48,110 nucleotides of DNA, taken from contig WELB01000009.1 in NCBI GenBank assembly GCA_009602725.1, positions 412,051 through 460,160 on the forward strand, in the 5' to 3' direction. Made by a program: the position numbers and the translations under genes. Of the stretch, positions 9,431 to 20,400 are shown one piece after another. The notes under the pieces were generated by a model that saw only the letters and a program-made list of their open reading frames with translations, made no database searches and was not told the origin of the DNA. Origin of the DNA: Spirogloea muscicola. Lineage: Eukaryota. Each line of letters starts with the position of its first letter. The stretch's first letter is position 1.

Positions 9431-11080
9431 ATAAGAAAAGAAAGAGCTCGCCCATTGAGGATAGGGGCTGGAACAGCCAGCCCAAAAAGAATGGACAAAG
9501 TACGAGAAGGGAGCCAGGGGAAGCGCTAAGAAAAACAAGCACAAGAAGAAACAAAGCAGCTACGAATGACTCAGTAATTCCGGCTGAGCAGCCGCAGATC
9601 AGAGATGCTAGGGTCCTGGAAGTGGGTCCCCTGGACAGAGCCAGAGGCAGCAGCTAGGGCTCTTCCGGCACGAAGGTGCAGCGCGCGGGCNNNNNNNNNN
9701 NNNNNNNNNNNNNNNNNNNNNNNNNNNNNNNNNNNNNNNNNNNNNNNNNNNNNNNNNNNNNNNNNNNNNNNNNNNNNNNNNNNNNNNNNNNNNNNNNNNN
9801 NNNNNNNNNNNNNNNNNNNNNNNNNNNNNNNNNNNNNNNNNNNNNNNNNNNNNNNNNNNNNNNNNNNNNNNNNNNNNNNNNNNNNNNNNNNNNNNNNNNN
9901 NNNNNNNNNNNNNNNNNNNNNNNNNNNNNNNNNNNNNNNNNNNNNNNNNNNNNNNNNNNNNNNNNNNNNNNNNNNNNNNNNNNNNNNNNNNNNNNNNNNN
10001 NNNNNNNNNNNNNNNNNNNNNNNNNNNNNNNNNNNNNNNNNNNNNNNNNNNNNNNNNNNNNNNNNNNNNNNNNNNNNNNNNNNNNNNNNNNNNNNNNNNN
10101 NNNNNNNNNNNNNNNNNNNNNNNNNNNNNNNNNNNNNNNNNNNNNNNNNNNNNNNNNNNNNNNNNNNNNNNNNNNNNNNNNNNNNNNNNNNNNNNNNNNN
10201 NNNNNNNNNNNNNNNNNNNNNNNNNNNNNNNNNNNNNNNNNNNNNNNNNNNNNNNNNNNNNNNNNNNNNNNNNNNNNNNNNNNNNNNNNNNNNNNNNNNN
10301 NNNNNNNNNNNNNNNNNNNNNNNNNNNNNNNNNNNNNNNNNNNNNNNNNNNNNNNNNNNNNNNNNNNNNNNNNNNNNGACCGCCTGGCCGGCCATGTCGG
10401 GGTGCGCCGCGAGCAGCTCCTGGTGGGCGGTGCGAAGCGCCACCTGGAACGGCAGCGCGCCTTTGTCCACCTCCACCACCGCCTGCTCCAGTGCACGCCG
10501 GCCATGGACCATGAAGCGCTGAGCCACGGAGGCGGCAGTCTGCGCCCAGCTGCCGAGGTATGCAGCCCGGCATGAGCGGACGAGCGGGCGCAGGCCGAGA
10601 CCCCCGTGGCTGATGGGTAGCGCCGCCTGGTGGGTAGCGGCTGGCGACTGGGGGAAGCCCTGGTGGCGGACCAGGGCCGCCAAGCTCGCCACCATGCCCG
10701 CGTCGAAAGCCTCGTACGCCGCCAATGCCTCTGGGGACGGCGGAGTGGCCCGCGTCAAGTACTGGGGCCGCTGCCGGATGGCCTTGGTCAGCATGGCCAA
10801 CGACAGCTGCATATCCTCCAGCTCGGGGAGCCGGGCCGCGGGCTGAAGGTGCTCCGCGAGGCGGGCTCGCAGCTGCCCCTCCACGAAGGCCGGCGTGCCG
10901 ATGGGGACTCCCAGGAGGGTGAAGCCGTCTGCCGGAGTCCGGCAGCCCGGGGGCAGCGCCAGGGTGGGTAGGATCTCGCCAGGGGACCAAGCCGCGCACT
11001 TCGCCGGCCGGATGGTCAGGCCGAGGGTGGCCAGCTGCTGCGTGAAAGTGCCGAAGGCTGCCGCCACGTCGTCTTCATAG
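9430..11080 (-). mobile_element. 5'-truncated CRE/SLACS-clade (restriction-like endonuclease type) non-LTR retrotransposon; ORF stop at 9571, pyrimidine-rich 3' UTR to about 9430
   Basis: Open frame over 10378-11080: VAAAF..F...LATLGLTIRPAKC..W, GFTLLGVPIGTPAFV, LEDMQLSLAML, YLTRATPP, FD, QAALPISHGGLGLR, AAYLGSW. These are the distal RT and thumb motifs of CRE-type elements. ARALHLR left of the gap fits the endonuclease C-terminal helix. The zinc knuckle and endonuclease core would lie in the N gap and cannot be seen. Confidence 0.85.
9691..10377. other. Assembly gap (687 N) inside the retrotransposon
   Basis: Run of N. Confidence 1.
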
Positions 11081-11479
11081 CCCTCGCCCCGTTCGGATGG
11101 TGGGTTTACCGTGAGACGTACAGTACTGGGCGAGACGGCAGAGCGTTCGCTCCGTCTACGGCGCAGCCCGGTCCCCGCCACGGTGACAGCCCTTCCATGG
11201 CTCTCGCTTCCATGGCTGGCCAGCGACTGCAGACGCCCACGCCCTCCTCCGCGGCGGCCCCAGGAGCGGTCGCCGCCACTGCCGCCTATCGGCTCAGCGG
11301 CAGGCCGCGTCGCTCGCGAGAGCCAACGCAGGCTTTCCCTTGAGGCCCTGGCGCTAGCAGGCTGCGTGGCCGATAACATGGCGCCTGCAGCGGCCAATTG
11401 TCCCAGCGTCCTCGACCGCTCCTCCCTCTCGGGCACAGCTGCCAGCGCCATGGGCCGAGGCCAGCGCTAGCCGACGACG

Positions 11480-14400
11480 ATGTTAGAGGAGAGGGTCGCG
11501 GAGATACTGCAGAGGTACCTCGGGGACTATGTCCAGGGCCTCTCCAAGGATGCTCTTAAGATCAGCGTATGGCGAGGCAAGTTCCACCAGAAGCCATTGA
11601 GGAACAGCTGCAACTAGCCTCCTGTACTGAAGGCCTCCTTGCTCAGTCGTCCCTCTGTTGCCTGCTGCAGACCATGCTTAAGCAATTTGATGATGATTAT
11701 TTCAGGGGATTTGGAGCTCCAGAACATGCAGCTGAAACCGGAGGCTCTCAACGCTTTGAAGCTGCCACTCAAGGTCAAGGCTGGCTTCCTGGGCTCCATC
11801 AAGCTGAAGGTGCGCACTATCATAGCACGCATGCAAGCGAGTGTGACAATGAGCAGAACGAAAGGATAGCAGTGCTGTCAAGTAGGAAGCATGAGCATCT
11901 GGCAACGTGCCTTCCTTTGCCTTTATTCCTCAGGGAGTCTTTAAGGTTGTGCACGTGCCTATGAGTGAGGGTTGTGCACCACACTTGTCAGTCGCTACCA
12001 GCTGGAGAGAGACAAATGAACAGACATAGAGGTGGTGATAACTTCTGTTGCACTGTAGAAGTGCTCTGCAGCAAGCAGTGTCTAATAGCTAATAGCTCCT
12101 TGTCTTGGTCGCATGCTCCAACTTATATAGAGCTTAGCTGTTTTTCACCGTCCTGCTACAGGTGCCTTGGAATCGACTAGGGAGAGAACCTGTGATAGTC
12201 ATCCTAGACCAGATCTTCATACTCGCACAGCCTCTTGTTAGTGCAGAGTATGGACAGGATGTCAGTGATGAGAGCCTGTTTGAGGCAAAGCAGCGCCACA
12301 TTAAGGTCCCTCCTGCCCATGACTCCTGTCTATCTCTGTGATGCTCAAAGCCTGGTCAATATGGATCTGCAGACCATGATGCGTAGTTCCAGATTAGGTG
12401 AAGTTTGTGCCAGCCTAACATCGGCTCAAGGAGTGTATGCTAGGCTTGGAACAAATGCCGCTTGCATGTGCCTCTCTGTCTTGGCTGCAGTTATTTGGAA
12501 TGTGCTTGTATCAGACGTCACATTGGCAGGGAGCTCTTCTCCATCTTGTAACCCGCTACTTATGTGCTTGGTTGACAGGAGGCGGAAGCATCTCTAGTAG
12601 AGAGCCAGAAGGACAAGAAGAACGAAGCAGAGGTACACTACTTGCCAAGAGTGCCCTCTTCAGATATTAGGCTGCTTGAAGCAAAGGGAAGTCATATAAA
12701 TCATAGCGTGCACATGACAAACAAGTGAGCAACATTTTGTGGAACAGTAGAGCAGTTCTGCTTCTTAGGTAGGCCAATGACATGGGGATGATTACAAGCA
12801 TGTTCCCGACTCCTGTTTAAGATCGAGGTTGTGTCCAATATAAATTTTGATATCTGGTGATGCGTCAAGCTGGTGCATGTGTAGTGATAAGATTTTGCTA
12901 TCAATCTTATTTTGTAGCAAGCCAAAGACACGTCGTGGCTAGGACAGCTCATTGGAACAGTGATAGGCAACTTGAAGCTGAGTATTACCAACATTCATAT
13001 CCGATATGAAGATGATGTCAGGTGAGTGTGCCTTTGCTGATCTTGGCATTGTCACCTGATATTGCTGGTGCTAAGCTTGTAGTAGAGTGAGCGCGTCCCC
13101 TCCTGCTTCAAGTCTGGCTGTCAAGTCAGATAGGAAATGATATCAAGTGTTGCGAAGCACCTTCTCAGCTAATTATTTGCGAAGCACCTGCACAGCTCAT
13201 TTGCAAAATTTGATTCCGTCGAACAGCTTCCCAGGGCACCCTCTGGCTGCTGGTCTGACTCTGGAGAGATTGGCAGCAGCAACCATCGACGAGGAGGGCA
13301 ACGAGACGTTTGTCGCACATGGAGCCATGGAATGTGTGCGGAAGGTATCCAACAATATAATGGTCACACTGTTTGTGGTTCTCTGGTACTTGAGTTGCTT
13401 CCTGTGCTCTCTGGTGGACAGTCTGGTCCATGCCAGCAATTGTGCATACTTCTCAAATTGCGATTCCTGCTTCTGTATTTGCTTCTGTATTTTCGAAATG
13501 AAGGTGACAGTAGTGAATGCTTTTGAGGGAGTTTGCGTGCAGGCTTTAGCTCTCCAAAGGTTGGCCATTTACTTTGATTCTGACACCTCATTATTTGAGG
13601 TTGACAAACCATGGCAACAGCTGGGTAAAGAGGCCTGGAGCGAGGTCCGCTCGTGATCTCTTCTTTGATATTTGTAGCAGGACCCAAGGAATTGCAAGGT
13701 GCTGCCTTGTGATTCCTTGGGTAAAATTATTTTACCTTGCACTGGCATAGCCATTAGTGCATCTCAGTTGTGCAGGCAAAAGTCACTCAAGCCGTTGCGT
13801 GGTTTTCTGCTTTCGCACTGAGTCCTTTTTCAAGGATGCTCGCAGATCTTTGAGCCAGGCATCAAGAAGGACCCTGATGACCTTTTCCAAATCGAAGTCC
13901 AAGAGGTTGCCAAGCAAAAGCTGGACAGACACTATATCCTCGAGCCTATCAATGGAGCAGCTGAGTACTTCCGACGAGGAAAAGCTGAGCAGAGAAGACC
14001 TGACAGTCCCCTTCAAACTATCGATGTCAAGCTCGAGGATGTTACTTTGAGTATGTCAGAGGTAAATTTGAGCAACTCAACACTAGTGGAGCTTGGTCAG
14101 CCTTATGCTGCTATAGAGCTTCAGCATCAGCACAAATTTTTTTGCAACTGAGCCTAGTCATCTGAAATCTGGGTGGAGATTGTCTGGACCTATCTGACTC
14201 TCAACAAGGTTTTCTACTTACTGACCCTCAACTGACCATCATGCTTCATTGCAGAGTCAGTACAGGGACACTTTGGTCCTTGCTGATAATCTGTCAGCAT
14301 TTAACAAGCGAATGAAGCATGCTCATATCAGGCCAGCTAATTCAATACACACAAGCCCTCACCTCTGGTGGAAGTATGCTCTGAGGGCCAGTTTGGAGAG

Positions 14401-17400
14401 GCGGGGCAAATACAGGTCGGTCTGGTGGCTACCTGTTGGTGACTATGTTGTTTACTTTGGTGATATGTGTCAGCTGCTTGTACGCAGTAAAAGAAGAATC
14501 AGCTGGATAGTAGGGTGTGCTCAAATGGTAAGGAGAGTGATATGCTGTGCCTGATCTTGCAGTGCTCAAATGGTAAGGAGAGTGATATGCTGTGCCTGAT
14601 CTTGCACAGGGGTTCTTTGGCTTGGAAGCATCTATTGGAAGCTGCACGTATGCGTCGGAGATATTTGGAGCTTTATGTCTCACTTCTGCAGGCCCGTCCA
14701 GGCAAGGTGTCCATCAACGACAACGAGGAGATCCAGGCCATGGACAAAGTCCTGGACACTGATGTGATCATAATGTGGCGGTGGGTTTAGCTCTTGCCTT
14801 ATTATCAACAGCATCATTCTTGATCCTACCATCTGGCTTCTGTCAGTTGCAGCTTCCGTTGAAGAATTCATAGCGTAGCTTCTGCACATTATAATCTCTC
14901 GTTGTACAGTCTATGGAAGAGGGAGGTATTTACTTCGTTGTTTGAAATTGCAGCATGCTGGCCCACAACTTTGTCACTACGGGCCAAGGAGAGAATGAGC
15001 GACCAGAGTCTCGCAAGTCGTGGTGGTTATTTAAGAGGTGGGCTGTTTTACGTGAGGATACATGCAGCAAGTGCAGCCAGAAATACATATCAAGTTCGGT
15101 GCTCAGTTGATATGATTGCTGGAATCTGGTTGTGGAGGTCAGCCTATCAAGGCTGTGTGTCTCCTGTCAAGCTTGACAATCTCCTGCTAATAGCCTGAGT
15201 ACCTTAGACAATAATAGGACAACTCTTGCATCAGAGTCGTAGATCCCTGTAATGCTTCGTGCACTCGCAAAGATCTGACTGTGCAATGGAGTACAGGAGG
15301 AGATCATCTCGCGTGGACAGCGAGGCGCAGAGCCTTACTAGCGCTGACTGGGCCAGGTTGAATGATGCTATTGGCTATGAACCTGGCATGGGTAACCCAT
15401 TGGTACCTGGGCAAGAACCCTCACATATGCTCCATACGCATCTCACAATCACAATGTTGCGTAACTCATCAAGGCTTGATCATCAAGATGGTGCGCTCAT
15501 AGCAGAGTTGACAAGCCACAACCTTCAAGTTGATGTCGATGTGTTCCCAAAGACCCTGGCCTACACAGTAACATTGGGCTCCTACGGCATAGCTACCCCA
15601 GAAGGCATGCTTGCTCAGGTACGTTATGTCATCATTTGTGATGATGGTACTAGCTTCGCATTCACCCATTGCAAGACGACTTGCAACATAATCTACTACT
15701 CCTATAGCTGATAGCCTCGGTCCTGGCAGTTACAGTGCCAAGCTATAGCCTGTGTTGCTTAGTGACTACAGAGTGAAAAGTTATTGGAGCTAGGCAGTTC
15801 CGTCCGTGCCACTTTCACATACAAGCCGCATGACTCAGACTACCTCTGGATCTTGGAGGGTAAAGCTGCCCCTGTTCATGCCACGGTATGTAAATCTTTG
15901 GACAATGGTGCTGTCATCCTGTTGTTTCCTTCTCGTATATGTGCTAGTTAGGGCAAGGCAAGTACTTCAGGTAAGACTCGAGTTGCGAGGTGGGATTTTT
16001 ATTGTACTCTTTCATGTGCTTGTTGTCTGCTGCAGTTGTGGACGTCCAGTCTGAACAGGGTACAGGAATTTTTCCAGAGCAAAAAGGCTGTTAGCCGTGC
16101 CCTTGCTTTGAGTACAACAGCTGCTCTGCAGGTACGAGGCGATGGTAGTCCTGATTTGCTAGCTAATATTTGGTAAACAATATCATATGGGATTGCACCT
16201 TCTGGTGCAAATCTAAGGGATTCTAATCAGCTCTCAGAGAGGTGGTGCTGGCGGCAGGCTTGCTTCTCTTGGATCGTTGCTAGTTTCTTGGATAATAATG
16301 CTATGGTCACCATCTGACAGAAGCAGTAGGTATATAGAAGAGGCAATGTCTCAGGCTGATGCAGAGTGCATTCACTTGTAAGCATGCGCAGTCAACACTG
16401 GACGAGGTGGCTAGATCTGCCCAGAAGAAGCTGAGTAGGACCTTGAAGGATCGACCTAAGTATACCCTGAACCCCTTCTTTCAAATTAAATACTTGTCTG
16501 TAATGTACTGAGTTGCCATAACTGAACCACTGCATTCAATGTGCCTCAGCTATTGCATCAGTATGTCTGACAATTGATAAGAAACACATGCTGAGCCATC
16601 CTGTCCATCCTGTTGATGACACCCATGCAGTTGCGTACCTTCTCTTGTGGTCCTTTGTGCAGATTTAGCATAGACCTTGATATTGCTGCTCCCAAGGTTG
16701 CCATACCCACAAGTTTTAAGGCTGATGGCAAGCATGAAACAGCCCTTCTTTTGGATTTTGGGAACTTTCTACTCCAGACTGACAATGTGATCTTCTTGGC
16801 TACTTTCCTCTTTTGCTATTCACCTATTACTTCTTGCTTGATAAAGACTGATCTTGGCGCGTATGAAGTTGAAGCAAGCTCAATATGATGGACCTTGTAT
16901 GTAACCACAGCATATGACCATAGAAGATGATTGTCATGCAGGATGCACCCTCAAGAACCACATCAGATGAAGAGCTGAGACTCTACATGTCGTTCAAGCT
17001 GTCAGCTTCTGACATTTCAGCAACTTTGGTAGACGGCCATTATGATTGGTCACTCCTGCCTCAAGAAAATCAAGAGAGAGATCGAGATGGCTTGTCCAGC
17101 AGCTCTGCTGCTAATTCTACCAGATTCCTCCCGCTTCTTGACAAATGTGGAACGAACATAGCCCTTCAGCAGGTGCTTACCAAGTGCTACTGCTTAGTGG
17201 CTTGCAGTCACTGGATTGGTTGCTACTTTGAATACGACTGACACATAGTCAACAGCAGCATCTCTGCTGCCATTGCTTTCTTTGCGAGGCATTGCCGGAA
17301 TTCAGCAACTGAGATTTGCTGCTCCACATCTGTGATGTACAGATTTGCATTCCTCACCAACAGTATCCTACAACTCGGGCTGCTGTGCTATTGCCCAAGC

Positions 17401-20400
17401 TGGGTTTCCACTTCTCGCCTGGACGGTATCACCGTCTCATGGCCGTCGTCAAAGCACTCGAAGGCGATATGGCTGCAGTTCGTGGAGAGAATGTTGTCAC
17501 TCCTTGGAAGCTCGCTGACTTTGAAGGGGAATTGGACGTTCTCACTTGTGGAGTATGTCACGTGGCTTTAGTGATCACACCAGCCAACCATTGGCTTCAG
17601 CAAGCATGCGCAGAGCTACAACAAACTGATTAAACCATGTCTCTTAATCTACCTACTTTATCTAGATGCAGTCAACGTTGTAATTTGTGTGCCACAGATG
17701 CTGATATAGCTTCTGCCCTTCCATTTACAACTCCCAGGGTAGAGCAGCTACATGGCAACATCGGTATGGGGCATTGGCCGGACCTTTCCTGTACCTGCTT
17801 GATTCTCCAGAGGCAAGCACTTACAAGCACCGCACACGGTAAGATGATTTTGCAGCATAGAAGGTCACATTGTGTGCACCTCTGCAAGTCTTGGAGCGAC
17901 AACAGCACACATAAGGTGCCTTGCATATCCTAAGAGCGAGCATGTGATCTTGCAGGCTTCAGGGCAAACAGGTTGTGGATGTCCCCCCTGATGCTGTTGG
18001 AGGGGAGAGTCATGTGCTGGCAATCTGCGACAGCAACAGGGCTAGCTTCAAGGTGCAGCCACGTCAATAATACGATGCTACTGAAAGTGCTTCAAGAGTC
18101 CTATATACATGGTAACAATGATCTCACAATCTGCTCAATGCCTACCTTGTTGTCAACAAATGTGTAGGTAAGCGAGTCCCTTAATGGCGTGCTTTTACGC
18201 TTCTGCGACAATGCAAGCAAGCTGTCCTGGAAAGAAAGAATGACTAGCGCCATATACCTCACATCGGTGAGAACAGACTCCTCAGAGTTCTGATGCTAGA
18301 TTGATCTAGTGTAGTGATGTGGTAAGCACGTACTGCAAGATACATTTGTTTATATAAAGAGTGGGCTGACATTGTATTTGTATCTCTTGTTGACCTGATG
18401 TGCTGACCAGTGGCTGCACTCCAATCTTAGGAAAAGTATATATATCCAATTGGGAATTGCCGCCTTGTCTTGACAATGGAAGCTTCCTCTTAGAGGCCGT
18501 CGGCACTTATGCAGTGTGTCGTTTGACTGGACATTGCAGCTACCTGCAGCAGTCGCAGCTGCCGACCGCGATGATGACACTAAGGATGCCCTGCAGAAGG
18601 CAACTGATGGTAGCGAGCAACTGGAACCGGCTGCTCTCGACAAGTTTTTTCTCACTGGCATCCTGGAAGAGCTGACCATCACAGTTGGTAGAGCTGTAAG
18701 TCCTCTCATGTCTTTCAGTCCAGGTGGTTTAAAACCGATAAGTGGATTTTGACAATTCTTAACTGTGTCAAACCCGTGGGTACATAATGCTGATGAATGT
18801 TGCTACACATGACCTTTATTCTGATAGCACCAAAAGTTGGTATTGCACGCACTGTCCTTTCCTGCTGATTGTCCTTTATGACCTGCAGATGGACGCGAGC
18901 TCCAAAACTTGGTTAGTAGATGAAGAGATTGATCTCCTTCAGCTCCATGCTTTCGGTGGGAAGGTAAGTCATGACAAGAGCTTGCAAAGTCAGTTGCATA
19001 CCATATCGAAATCTACCTATAAGACTTGGTGCTTTGTGTTGGCGCCCAGTAGTCCTCCCCTTTCAAATTCAGCTTTCTCAACAACAGGGCACGTAAATAA
19101 TAAGGGGCACACACACACTTTGTTCGTAAGCTTCTATACTGCTGCCTGACTAAGCAAGCTGGAAAACCGGTGACTAAGTAAGCTGGAAAACCGGAGACGT
19201 TCTACTTCTTGAGTGGTGATAAGTTCTTCGAAGATGTACAGGTGGAGCTTTTGTACAGGGAATTTGATCTCTCGGTTGGGGCCACGCTCCAGTCTGTTGA
19301 CATCGAAGACAGACTGTGCAGTCATCTGGGACCTGCGTGCAGATTCATTGCTAGGTCGTACCTTGTATCACCCGTCCTTACAGCAAATGAGTATCGCCGT
19401 TTAACTCATGCCGAGCTCGAAAGCCCTGCCAGTCGTCAGAACAGTGCAGGCTCAAACTTACTCTTAAGGCGAAGTACCAGTTTTGGCATACCAAGCAGAG
19501 CAGAGAGTGGAGGATCCTACTTTGACGCTTTTGCAGAATTTCAGGAGGTTGAAGAGGTTGAGGAGGTTGCAGAAAGCATCAACGATGATGCGGAAAACCC
19601 CTTGCAACCAAACACCTCATACCACCTACCAGACCAGATTCCTTCTACCTCTGAGGCTTTGCATTCTGCCCTGGACGAGATTGATGACCAAGTAGAGGAG
19701 AATGGCACGAAGCTTGGTCTGTCAAGGCAACGCTCGAAAGACAGGCATGGATTGGGGAGGGGTCCACGTCTACCCGGAAGGAGGATGGAGCACCCTCTCC
19801 AGAGGCTGCCGTCAGTATATCACGAAGTACCTGAGCAGATTGTTAAACAGGATCCGAGATCAGAGCCCCCTCCCTTTGTGAGGCAACTGGGCCTACTTCT
19901 TGACAAACATGCCTCAAGGGATGAAGAGGGTATAGACAGCTGCAAGAATTTCATCAAAATACAATATGTGCGATACTATCAGGAGTCCCCTGATTATGAC
20001 AACGTGGACAAGAAGGTATAGCTTTATACTCCCTGTCACATATGCCGGCGTCACCAAGATGTCGGATCAGGCATGCAGGCACTTCACTTGGAACTGAGCT
20101 TTTGCATCTGCTCAAGAGGCCAGTGTTATCTCAGTTCATTGCTGAACTCTCAACACCAAGACTGAATAAGGTTGCGATGTTGATGCAGTTGCGCTTGCGA
20201 TTGGCTACCCTTTCGTTTTTCATCAATCGCCCAACTGTGATTGCTTTGATGGATCTCATTTCTGATGTGACACGGGAGCCCGATGTTCCTGGCCAAGCAT
20301 TTACAGATGACATTCCGAGGGACTCAGATCACGTTGTTAGCATGTTAAAGTCCAAAAGTGGCAATGACGATGAGGACGAAGAAGCTGACACAAGTAGTAG

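Noticed and set aside
9605..10999. Several long ORFs spanning the N run
   Set aside because: Artefacts of translating N as X; only the 9571 minus-strand frame has recognisable motifs.
11066..11083. GYEDDV as the RT catalytic YxDD motif
   Set aside because: It directly abuts VAAAF, whereas in CRE-type RTs YxDD lies several residues further upstream after a hydrophobic strand. This is more likely the post-catalytic loop at the truncation point.
13345..13353. Possible U12 intron (GTATCC donor)
   Set aside because: Reads GTATCCAAC, not GTATCCTT, and I saw no TCCTTAAC branch site near the acceptor.
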